Source: an uncultured virus (IMG/VR IMGVR_UViG_3300035188_001343)
Taxonomy: Duplodnaviria > Heunggongvirae > Uroviricota > Caudoviricetes
Direction: 5' to 3' (one strand)
Length of the DNA stretch: 64,000 nucleotides
Virus record (IMG/VR): IMGVR_UViG_3300035188_001343
The notes beneath the pieces are model-generated. The model ran no database searches. It was not told the DNA's origin and worked only from the letters and a program-made list of their open reading frames with translations. Shown here piece by piece: positions 30,190 to 38,380 of the stretch. Position 1 is the first letter of the stretch. Each line of letters starts with the position of its first letter. The translations under genes and the position numbers were made by a program.

Positions 30190-30225
30190 AGTAACAAATT
30201 ATTTTTTTAAAACCACGGAGTTAAA

Positions 30226-30486
30226 ATGAAAAATTCATTAAAAATGTTTCTAGACCCATACAAAAAGTTCATATTTTTCATGCTTATATTTTTAGGCGTG
30301 GTTGCGATATGTTATTACAACCTGATTTTTGATGATAACCAACGTGAAAAAAACAAAAAATACCTTTCTTCCTTATCCCAATCTACACAGTTGGAAATAT
30401 TGAAAATTTGCTATGAACAAAAAGATGTTGGATGTGTGAAAACAATCGATAATTTTAAAAAAAATGAGCAAATTCCTAACAGTTGA
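30226..30486 (+). CDS. small membrane protein
   Basis: One hydrophobic segment; C-terminal L.ICxxxxxxxC pattern resembles 42270-42503. Confidence 0.55.
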   Translation: MKNSLKMFLDPYKKFIFFMLIFLGVVAICYYNLIFDDNQREKNKKYLSSLSQSTQLEILKICYEQKDVGCVKTIDNFKKNEQIPNS

Positions 30487-30506
30487 TAGAATGTGGTTAT
30501 AATGAT

Positions 30507-31124
30507 TTAATTTTTGAAGATATAAGAATTTGCATCATTGGGTAATTGTGTGAATCCATATTTGAGAAAAAAATTACTCTCATTACTTGCATATATACCA
30601 CTTTCATCATAGTAGGATAGTGTGTCAAACTTTCTAACTGCTTTATCAACTAAAGATTTGAAAATATTATATCTGTCGTTGCTTCGTGGTAAACAATAAT
30701 CGACGATTTCTCCACTGGGTTTTAAAATTAATTTTCCCCAAATTCCTGATCTTCGGTAAAAAACATCGATTGTTTTTTCGGTAGAACAATTACCGAATAC
30801 TGATTCTTGTATTGGTGTAGTGGGTGTAACAGTGGTGTTATCAATTTTTTCATCGGTAGGTTTGTTATATTCAATGTAAAATTTTGATGTATTTTTGATT
30901 TCATCAATTATTCCAGCATCACTTAGAAAGAAATTTTTAAAACTTTCTTTCATTTCATATTCTCTAAATTGAAATGTATTTAAAATGATAAACATACCAT
31001 TTTCATCAAATTGAATAGTCGGTGTATCATCAAAAATAACTTTCAATTCATCTTCAACCATACTTATTTTTACAAAATTGTTTGTGAAGATTCTAACTTC
31101 CATTATTAAATCATGTATTTTCAT
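30507..31124 (-). CDS. hypothetical late protein
   Basis: MKIHDLIME leader; TATAAATA at 31155-31162 on the minus strand. Confidence 0.65.
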   Translation of the reverse strand: MKIHDLIMEVRIFTNNFVKISMVEDELKVIFDDTPTIQFDENGMFIILNTFQFREYEMKESFKNFFLSDAGIIDEIKNTSKFYIEYNKPTDEKIDNTTVTPTTPIQESVFGNCSTEKTIDVFYRRSGIWGKLILKPSGEIVDYCLPRSNDRYNIFKSLVDKAVRKFDTLSYYDESGIYASNESNFFLKYGFTQLPNDANSYIFKN

Positions 31125-31282
31125 TATTTTTTCCTAAGTTGAAAAAGACTATATTATTTATAGTATAATTTTATTAATTTAAAAAATTCTGTGAGTAATT
31201 AACGGTTGAGTTTAACCTATTCCACTGTACAAAATTGTGAACTACTCATGAAGAATAACGGTTAATTTTTGGTGAACACAGT

Positions 31283-31567
31283 ATGAATTTTCAAAATAAA
31301 TTTAAAGATTATAAAATTGAATGGCAACCCCATTTCGCCAATGGGTATGTTAATGTTGATACGTGTAATACGTGTAAATACCAAATAAAAATTTGTAAGC
31401 ATCCTTGGAATGAACGTGAATTTTCAAAAGGTGGTATTTCTGAAATAATTTCGTATGGATGTTCGGTACAGTTTGATTCTACAACTGATAAAAACCCACG
31501 AATAATAATGATGGATCATGATACCAGTGTTTCAAGTTGCGAATTGTATCATTTAAGGAAAGATTAA
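31283..31567 (+). CDS. Cys-rich hypothetical protein
   Basis: CNTCKY...C...C...CELY. Confidence 0.55.
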   Translation: MNFQNKFKDYKIEWQPHFANGYVNVDTCNTCKYQIKICKHPWNEREFSKGGISEIISYGCSVQFDSTTDKNPRIIMMDHDTSVSSCELYHLRKD

Positions 31568-31589
31568 TATTTTTTTCATAGGAGTAAAA

Positions 31590-32297
31590 ATGCTTAGTAA
31601 AGAAGAACTTTTAGAAAAACGAAAACAAATAAAGAAACGTATTTGGGATATTGAACAAATCCTAAAAAACAAATCACTGGTATCCGTAGTCGATTTTGCT
31701 TCAATGTATCCATCAATTCTTAGATTGTTAAATGCTGCTATTGAATCGTTGGTTGGTTTTCTTGATGATGATCCAATCGCATACAGAAAAGTAGGATTAT
31801 CAAAAACTTTTTTGGATTCCAAAGAAAAATCTAAGGAGCTAGTAAAAACTACTTTAACTGATAGTAGACACGTTAAATTTGTAGGTAAAAATGATGAAAA
31901 AGTTTCATTGCGACTAGATTTATATGCTGGAAAATATGATGAATCGACTATTGATGATATAACTGAAACACCATTTGAACGGTATTTTTTAGCATCTATG
32001 GGTGTATTTGATCCCGATCAAACGGAAATAAAATTTCAAGGTAAAATTTATACAGTTGCACAACTAAATAAATATTTTAAAGAAATGAATTACAGTGTGA
32101 GTGGTAGCGGTAGCGTTTTTGAAAAAACTGGTAAGGATGGTAAACAGGGTCTTATTCCAAGTTATTTAGAATATATGTTTGTTGAGAGAAAAATACAAAA
32201 AAAAGCCGCTTTCGGACATTTCAAAAATAAAAATACCCTACAACGTTTTAGAAAAGCAGCAATTGCAGATGGATTATATACCGAGGTAAAAAAATGA
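31590..32297 (+). CDS. family B DNA polymerase, second fragment (motif A to first fingers helix) with N-terminal coiled coil
   Basis: AGGAG RBS; SVVDFASMYPSI is motif A; SGSGSVF and GLIPSYLEYMFVERKIQKK; stops before motif B. Confidence 0.9.
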   Translation: MLSKEELLEKRKQIKKRIWDIEQILKNKSLVSVVDFASMYPSILRLLNAAIESLVGFLDDDPIAYRKVGLSKTFLDSKEKSKELVKTTLTDSRHVKFVGKNDEKVSLRLDLYAGKYDESTIDDITETPFERYFLASMGVFDPDQTEIKFQGKIYTVAQLNKYFKEMNYSVSGSGSVFEKTGKDGKQGLIPSYLEYMFVERKIQKKAAFGHFKNKNTLQRFRKAAIADGLYTEVKK

Positions 32298-32309
32298 TAT
32301 ATTTAATTA

Positions 32310-32708
32310 ATGTGGTTAAATTACAGAGGCGTAAATATGATTAACGCAACAAATTTAAAAAATTATACTATGTTGGATTTTAAAATTGACCGATTTTTTA
32401 AAAAATTAGATAACAAAGTTAGACGCAAAATGGCAAATGGTGGTAGACGATTAGAAGTGGTGGTTTATGATAAATTTGTAAACAATCCCATAATTTTTTC
32501 TGAACAAAAAAGAAAATCTTTTCATAGTGATTTATATGCAGATTATGTTATTTGTGATCCAGAAGTGTTTTTAGGTAACAATCGGTCATTGTATATGTTT
32601 ACAATACAAAGACAATTAGTTCATGATTTTGGGTATAGTGGTGTTTCATGGACACCATTGGATAATGATATGGTGTGTAATGGAATGCAGTTATCATTTT
32701 ACTGGTAA
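32310..32708 (+). CDS. hypothetical protein
   Basis: ORF; start probably the ATG at 32337 after GAGG. Confidence 0.55.
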   Translation: MWLNYRGVNMINATNLKNYTMLDFKIDRFFKKLDNKVRRKMANGGRRLEVVVYDKFVNNPIIFSEQKRKSFHSDLYADYVICDPEVFLGNNRSLYMFTIQRQLVHDFGYSGVSWTPLDNDMVCNGMQLSFYW

Positions 32709-32757
32709 AACACAATACCGAGATTTACACAGTGATACATGTTAATTTAATATGTAA

Positions 32758-33093
32758 TTGTATAATATATTCTATAACATATTATTTTGTGCTTGTTTTT
32801 TTAAAATTAGTAAAAAAAGGTTAAAAATGCCAAAATGTTATTGTAAGATGGAAACAGAATACGAATGCATTTCAAAAGAAAATATTTCGATTGTTTTAAA
32901 GTTTCTCAACTTATCAGAATCCCAGGTAGATGCAATACTTGATGATTCCTGTATTATTGATGGGGTACATTATAATTTTGATAGTGTTGTTGTGAAAATA
33001 CCTGATCAAATGGGAACATATATTCAAGTGTATGAAAGTTATGATGAATTTTTAAAAGAAAATATATTGGTGGAGGATATTCAATTATTATGA
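32758..33093 (+). CDS. hypothetical protein
   Basis: ORF; true start probably an internal ATG. Confidence 0.5.
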   Translation: MYNIFYNILFCACFFKISKKRLKMPKCYCKMETEYECISKENISIVLKFLNLSESQVDAILDDSCIIDGVHYNFDSVVVKIPDQMGTYIQVYESYDEFLKENILVEDIQLL

Positions 33094-33479
33094 GTGACAA
33101 TTATGTATTAGAGTTAGATTCAGACCAACTACAACTTATTTCCAAATCATTGGATTTTTATGCACGCATTCAAACTGGACAAATTTCGGAATTAATTAAT
33201 CCTTATATGGTGCCGTTAGATAATGCTGATTACACTAATGTCGCTGAAAAAGTCAATGATTTAAAACAAAGTATGTTCCCCGATTTACCGATTGATGCCC
33301 ATTTTTCTATAAAATCCCCTAGAATGCCAGACACTATCAGACAAATGGTGGATATTTGTGAGGTGATTCGTTATGGGTTATTAGTAACTTATAATTCTAC
33401 CCCTGATACCGAAAATCCTATATCAAAACCTAGAAGTTGGTCAGTAGAAAAGAATTTACCAGTTTTAAAAAAAATATAG
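33090..33479 (+). CDS. hypothetical phage protein
   Basis: ATGA overlap with upstream gene; QLQLISKSLDFYARIQTGQ. Confidence 0.65.
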   Translation: MSDNYVLELDSDQLQLISKSLDFYARIQTGQISELINPYMVPLDNADYTNVAEKVNDLKQSMFPDLPIDAHFSIKSPRMPDTIRQMVDICEVIRYGLLVTYNSTPDTENPISKPRSWSVEKNLPVLKKI

Positions 33480-33491
33480 TATAATATATTT

Positions 33492-33830
33492 TTGCCTTAT
33501 CTTATAAATTATATGAACGAATTTTTTACTAAAAATGTGGATGGCACATTTGAGCCTGTTGGTTATGAATTTACTGGTTGGCCAGCTAATGGAATATGGT
33601 TAGTTGAGGATTCCAGACAAAGTTTAATTTATCCGTATGAAGGGGTAGAAAAAAAACCTACACCCTCATTGATTAGTTATTTACAATATCAGAATGAATT
33701 ACAGGAACATTTAACCCAACAATGGAAAGATAAACCATTATCGATTATGGATATTGCTGCTATTTCCTGTGAATTTTTTGCAATTAAAGCTGGTGCTATA
33801 TCAGTTTTAGGTGAAATTATTGAGAATTAA
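33492..33830 (+). CDS. hypothetical protein
   Basis: GWPANGIWLV; start probably the ATG at 33513. Confidence 0.55.
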   Translation: MPYLINYMNEFFTKNVDGTFEPVGYEFTGWPANGIWLVEDSRQSLIYPYEGVEKKPTPSLISYLQYQNELQEHLTQQWKDKPLSIMDIAAISCEFFAIKAGAISVLGEIIEN

Positions 33831-34467
33831 AATGAAGGATATAAGAATTATTTTGGTAGAAACACTTTTACAATTAAATTCGTTACCCACAGATAGAATA
33901 ATTGGTTTGTATCCATTTGGGTCCGTTATGTATGGTACAACTCACCAAAAATCAGATTATGATTTTGTGGTTATTTTGGATGTAGAAGGTGAATTGTATA
34001 TGCAATATGAAACCACCGATTTGGATTTGCATGTTATGTCAATTGAGACATTTAAAAATAAATTACTGGATCACGATATATTGGCACTTGAAACATACTT
34101 CAATGATTCACCAATTGTAGCATTGCCGGCAATTGATTTTAAGTTAGATTTAGTTAAATTGCGTCATAAAATTTCTGCGATTGTTTCAAATAGCTGGGTT
34201 AAAGCTAAGAAAAAATGTTTAATAGAAAATGAAAACCACTTTGTTGGATTAAAATCATTATTCCATTCGTGTAGAATACTTTCATTCGGACTACAACTTG
34301 CCGAAACTGGGAAAATTACTGATTTTAGTTGTTCGCAGGAAATTTGGTATGAGATTTTGAAGATGGATGCAGATGGTATTGGAATCATTGAAATTATGTT
34401 AAATTTTAAACCACAACATAATGCAAATGCTACCAAATTTAGAAATTTAACACCTAAAGAGTATTAA
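33811..34467 (+). CDS. Pol-beta superfamily nucleotidyltransferase
   Basis: FGSVMYGT...SDYDFVV (GS plus DxD), DLHV, C-terminal KSLFHSCR. Confidence 0.8.
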   Translation: MKLLRIKMKDIRIILVETLLQLNSLPTDRIIGLYPFGSVMYGTTHQKSDYDFVVILDVEGELYMQYETTDLDLHVMSIETFKNKLLDHDILALETYFNDSPIVALPAIDFKLDLVKLRHKISAIVSNSWVKAKKKCLIENENHFVGLKSLFHSCRILSFGLQLAETGKITDFSCSQEIWYEILKMDADGIGIIEIMLNFKPQHNANATKFRNLTPKEY

Positions 34468-34542
34468 CAAACTAATGATTTCAAAAACTAAAAATATTGA
34501 TTTTTGAATCAAAACTATGATAAAAATTGAGGAGAGTTAGTA

Positions 34543-35220
34543 ATGAAATTTGATTATAAAGGAAATTCATATAAACTTATTTTATTGAGTGTTACTGGAT
34601 CGAGATTGTACGGTACTTTTTATGATAGTGCCGATCCAGATAGACAACATCCATTTTTACAAAATTATTCGAGTGATGACGATTTTAGAGGAGTTATGGT
34701 TGCTCATCCTGATACCAAAGTTGGTTTGGAAGGTAAAATAGAAGAAATTGAGTTGAAGAAAGATTCTGATGGAAATGTAACACAGGATAGTATTGATTTG
34801 ATTGACGAAATTAATAAAAAATTAGGAAAACAGGTTCTTAAACATGATGCCGATCTAATTATTTACGAAGTAAAAAAATTCATTAAATTGGCATTAGAAA
34901 ACAATCCAAATATAATGGATATTATTTATACCGATGATGATGCGGTTGTTTACGAAAACAAAAAAGGTAAAAAATTAAGAAAAAATGGTAAAGATATTTT
35001 TATGTCTTTAAAAACCAAATTTACTTTTTCCGGTTATGCTGTTGGTCAATTAAAAAGAATTAGAGGTACCATTCAATATTCTGACAAGACATTGAAAATT
35101 TTAACAGAGGCTTTGAAATCTGGTGATATTGATGATGCCTGGTTACAAAACAATTTTAAAGGTTTGCATAGACAAAAATTAATGCAAGATCACATTAAAG
35201 TTATCAATCATACTACCTAG
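34543..35220 (+). CDS. RlaP/NrdC.11-like nucleotidyltransferase, N-terminal fragment
   Basis: VTGSRLYGT, SDDDFRGV, YEVKKFIKLALENNPNIMDII, FSGYAVGQLKRIRG. Confidence 0.82.
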   Translation: MKFDYKGNSYKLILLSVTGSRLYGTFYDSADPDRQHPFLQNYSSDDDFRGVMVAHPDTKVGLEGKIEEIELKKDSDGNVTQDSIDLIDEINKKLGKQVLKHDADLIIYEVKKFIKLALENNPNIMDIIYTDDDAVVYENKKGKKLRKNGKDIFMSLKTKFTFSGYAVGQLKRIRGTIQYSDKTLKILTEALKSGDIDDAWLQNNFKGLHRQKLMQDHIKVINHTT

Positions 35221-35234
35221 ATAGGGATTTAAAA

Positions 35235-36257
35235 ATGAATGTAAATGAAATTTTTGAAAAATATAACACTGATGAATCATTGACCTATGAACAGTTTGTA
35301 ACACCTAGTTTTTCTGGTGGTCATAATAAATGGATAAATCGGTATCCAAAAACAAATGTGGTTTTTAAAATTTTAGAACGTGCATGTTTGAAAAATGATA
35401 TTGATTATAATTGGATAACAGATTTTTTTGGTGGTAATGTATCCACTTATGTTTTAGGTATAAGTCAGCAAGATGCAAATAAATTAGGAAAACAAGTATC
35501 AATTAGTTGGGATGAATTCACTGAAAAATACTGTGACGATGATGCTTCTGAAACAACGATTACTGCTGATGAAATAAACACATACCGAAAACCAAAATTG
35601 GTGGATTATGTAACTGTAAAAAATTTAAAAGCCCAAAAAATACCAATGTCAACTTCAATATATGAATTTATTAATAAACCTTTAACCGATGGTCAAATAT
35701 CAATTTCTGATTTACAAATGACTGTTAGGGATTTTTTGATGAATTTTGCGAGTTTTCGGTCTATATCAAAAACACAATATAACATTTTTACATCTGTCAA
35801 TGGTAAAGGTGGTATTTTTGGTAGAAATGGGGATTTGAAGGCAATTGAACCTGTAGAAGTAGGAGAATTTTTATTCCAGGTAAGTATCGATGAGTTGAAC
35901 TATAAACGTGATGTAGATGAAATTCAAAAATTGTGGGAGTGGAGAACAGGTCGCAATGAATTGCGTGGAAAATACGAGGAACATTTTGGGTACGATGTAA
36001 AGCATATGAGTCATTTGTTTAGATTACTATTAGGTGCTATTAATATTCTCGAAACGGGTGAGTATCACCCTAGATTAAAAGGTGAAAACCTCAAATTTGT
36101 TAGAAATATTTTACGTGGTCAATATACTTACAATTATTTAATTGAATATACCTCGGTGTTGGAAGAAAAGATGGAAGAGGCTTATAAAACCTCTACTTTA
36201 CCAGAAACAGCTAATCATAAGAAAGCCAACAAACTACTTTTGGAATTATCATACTAA
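35235..36257 (+). CDS. RlaP/NrdC.11-like nucleotidyltransferase, C-terminal fragment
   Basis: GHNKWIN; WEWRTGRNELRGKYEEHFGYDVKHMSHLFRLL; IRxG.Y-like ILRGQY; STLPE. Confidence 0.8.
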   Translation: MNVNEIFEKYNTDESLTYEQFVTPSFSGGHNKWINRYPKTNVVFKILERACLKNDIDYNWITDFFGGNVSTYVLGISQQDANKLGKQVSISWDEFTEKYCDDDASETTITADEINTYRKPKLVDYVTVKNLKAQKIPMSTSIYEFINKPLTDGQISISDLQMTVRDFLMNFASFRSISKTQYNIFTSVNGKGGIFGRNGDLKAIEPVEVGEFLFQVSIDELNYKRDVDEIQKLWEWRTGRNELRGKYEEHFGYDVKHMSHLFRLLLGAINILETGEYHPRLKGENLKFVRNILRGQYTYNYLIEYTSVLEEKMEEAYKTSTLPETANHKKANKLLLELSY

Positions 36258-36336
36258 GTTGTTGATAAATATTTGTGATTATTTTGAAATTAAAACAACC
36301 AATTGGGGGTGTCACCCCATATTTTTAGAGAGATTT

Positions 36337-36837
36337 ATGAAAGTTAATGAGTTATTAGAAAAAGAGACAGTAAAAGGATTGTATGCTGCGGTAAAATTTT
36401 CCAAGGATACAATTGATAGAATTTTAAAGTATTGTGGGGATAAGGACATTCCAAATATTTTAAACCCTGAAGATTTCCATAGTACATTATGTTATTCTCG
36501 CAAACTTGTTCCTGATTTTAAACCAGTAGATGAATTATTTGAAGAGGGTAAACCAAAAAAATTTGAAATTTGGGAAAGTCCACCAAATGCGTTTAAAGAG
36601 GAAAAAACCTTTTGTTTGGTATTAAAATATTCATCATCTTATATGGAAAATAGATTTAAAGAAATTATGGATATGGGTGCAACTTATGATTATGATGAGT
36701 ATAAACCCCATTTAACCATTAGTTATGATGTTGGGGAAGGGTTTGATGTTAGTAAATTGGTTGATATTGATGCTATCGCACCTTTAGATATTATTGGTGA
36801 GTATTCGGAAGAGTTGGATTTGGATAAAAACTATTAA
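36337..36837 (+). CDS. acb1: Acb1 / T4 gp57B-like 2H phosphoesterase (anti-CBASS nuclease family)
   Basis: GLYAAVKFS, FHSTLCYSR and GATYDYDEYKPHLTISYD (two HxT motifs); ATG 36337 after GAGAG; TAAATA at 36266. Confidence 0.85.
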   Translation: MKVNELLEKETVKGLYAAVKFSKDTIDRILKYCGDKDIPNILNPEDFHSTLCYSRKLVPDFKPVDELFEEGKPKKFEIWESPPNAFKEEKTFCLVLKYSSSYMENRFKEIMDMGATYDYDEYKPHLTISYDVGEGFDVSKLVDIDAIAPLDIIGEYSEELDLDKNY

Positions 36838-36848
36838 AGGTTTAGTTC

Positions 36849-37205
36849 ATGTTAGAAATAAAAGAAATAAATTATAAATCTATTTTGGATAATCATTTTG
36901 CAAATGGTGATATAGTGGTATGTGCTGTCGTTGCAAATCCAAATTGTTTTAGTTGTATCACCAATGGTAAAAATATTAACAATTTTAGGTTACAATACCC
37001 TAAAAATAACATTCATTTTTATTTTGTTGATTATGTAAAATCGAATATATTACAGAATTACAGTGAATTTTCACAAATTTCGGCATACCCCAAAATTATT
37101 ATTTTTGATGGAAGTTGGGATAAAAAAGAATTTTTGGGTGGTGTTATTCCTGTAAATAAATTGGAACAGTTATTTAAATCATCTGTTAGATATAATATTG
37201 ATTAA
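36849..37205 (+). CDS. thioredoxin-fold protein
   Basis: CFSC, FYFVD, ISAYPKIIIF (cis-Pro strand), G near the C-terminus. Confidence 0.65.
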   Translation: MLEIKEINYKSILDNHFANGDIVVCAVVANPNCFSCITNGKNINNFRLQYPKNNIHFYFVDYVKSNILQNYSEFSQISAYPKIIIFDGSWDKKEFLGGVIPVNKLEQLFKSSVRYNID

Positions 37206-37230
37206 ATTAAAATAATTAAACTGTGTTGGG

Positions 37231-38289
37231 TTATTTAATGATAAGTTTAAAATTATAACCCAATAATTTAACTGCGTCAAATTTTGCATTGTTTCTATTT
37301 AAACAAACATTTAAAGTGTATTTCGATTTTACCTCAATAATTATGTTTTCATTTGGAATGAAAATATCTGGGTAGTATCTACTAGTTATACCTTCAAATT
37401 CATAATATATAACCGGCATGTTATTTGCATCGGTGACAATATCTTCAAACTGATAACCTGAATTTTCTAAGTCGTTTAAAACCATAGGTTCATATCCTTG
37501 AACAATGGAAACTTGACCAGTTTTCCAACTATATTCCTTTTTACGAAAACAGTTTTTTCTGTTCTTTTCAAAAACGGTGGTTGATTTCATTGGATGTATA
37601 ACACCATATTTTTTAAGGTTGGTTTCCTGTGTCTTATTTAATAATTGTTGGCATTGTGATGGATGATCAACACCATATATTTCATTCATTTTTTTAGTAA
37701 GGTGCGATGAACCAAAAATGAAATCACAGCCGTACTTTGTTTGATTGGTAGCTTTAATCTTGTTTCGAATTTTCAAATTTTGGATTGGTCTTCTCACACC
37801 ATATTTCTCTAAATTTGAATTTTCCACTTTTTCTTTAATTGACGCACATTGTGATGGGTTCTCAAAACCAAACACTGTCATTGAGGTATTTTTAAATTTG
37901 TTTTGTATGTTTTCGTTTTGCATAGGAAATTCAACACCATATTTTTCAAGATTTGATTTCTTAATTTTTTCCTTGACTGAATTCAGTTTTGAAACATTGT
38001 CAACACCATACTTAACGATATTATTCACTTTTCTGGTATGTTCTCGACAACAACCACTGGTAAGAATTGTTTGCTTTGTGAAAATTCGTAAGTTTTCACA
38101 TCCTGATAATCCACATCTTGGCACAGAACTGAAACCATGTTTAAGTAAGTAGAAAATCTCATGTATAGTATAATCCACAAAATTATATTGTTTAGCCTTT
38201 AAAGATAGGTAATCTTTCAATTCTTTGGAGAATTGTGCTGGTTTTGGTTTAATTTTTTCAAATTCTATTTTTAACATTTTTTCCATCAT
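37231..38289 (-). CDS. free-standing PD-(D/E)xK endonuclease with KYGVxxxxQ repeats
   Basis: Cys-rich N-terminus, KYGVDNVSK and KYGVEFPMQ repeats, QGYEP, YYPDIFIPNENIIIEVKS. Confidence 0.8.
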   Translation of the reverse strand: MMEKMLKIEFEKIKPKPAQFSKELKDYLSLKAKQYNFVDYTIHEIFYLLKHGFSSVPRCGLSGCENLRIFTKQTILTSGCCREHTRKVNNIVKYGVDNVSKLNSVKEKIKKSNLEKYGVEFPMQNENIQNKFKNTSMTVFGFENPSQCASIKEKVENSNLEKYGVRRPIQNLKIRNKIKATNQTKYGCDFIFGSSHLTKKMNEIYGVDHPSQCQQLLNKTQETNLKKYGVIHPMKSTTVFEKNRKNCFRKKEYSWKTGQVSIVQGYEPMVLNDLENSGYQFEDIVTDANNMPVIYYEFEGITSRYYPDIFIPNENIIIEVKSKYTLNVCLNRNNAKFDAVKLLGYNFKLIIK

Positions 38290-38380
38290 ATCACCATATT
38301 AATTTTTAACAATGTTACCATTTTATATTGTTTGTTGTATAATATATTAAATTATAAACAATTATTTATTTGGATTACTA

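Noticed and set aside
31190..31250. Purine-riboswitch-like three-way junction (TGAGTA...TACTCA with two inner stems)
   Set aside because: The inner stems are only 3-4 bp and the conserved loop and junction nucleotides do not match; a covariance-model search would be needed.
23160..31589. Self-splicing intron spanning the polymerase break
   Set aside because: The 8.4 kb contains about a dozen ordinary genes on both strands, no intron core was recognised, and fragment 2 has its own AGGAG RBS.
35065..35321. Gene-60-style ribosomal bypass or an intron between matching GGT codons in the RlaP-like gene
   Set aside because: No stop codon follows the putative take-off codon, the 254-nt gap is coding in both ORFs, ORF2 has its own RBS, and no group I core or terminal G was recognised.
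36142..36336. N-terminal extension of the Acb1-like ORF
   Set aside because: It overlaps the upstream gene. The late-promoter motif, RBS and family similarity point to the ATG at 36337.
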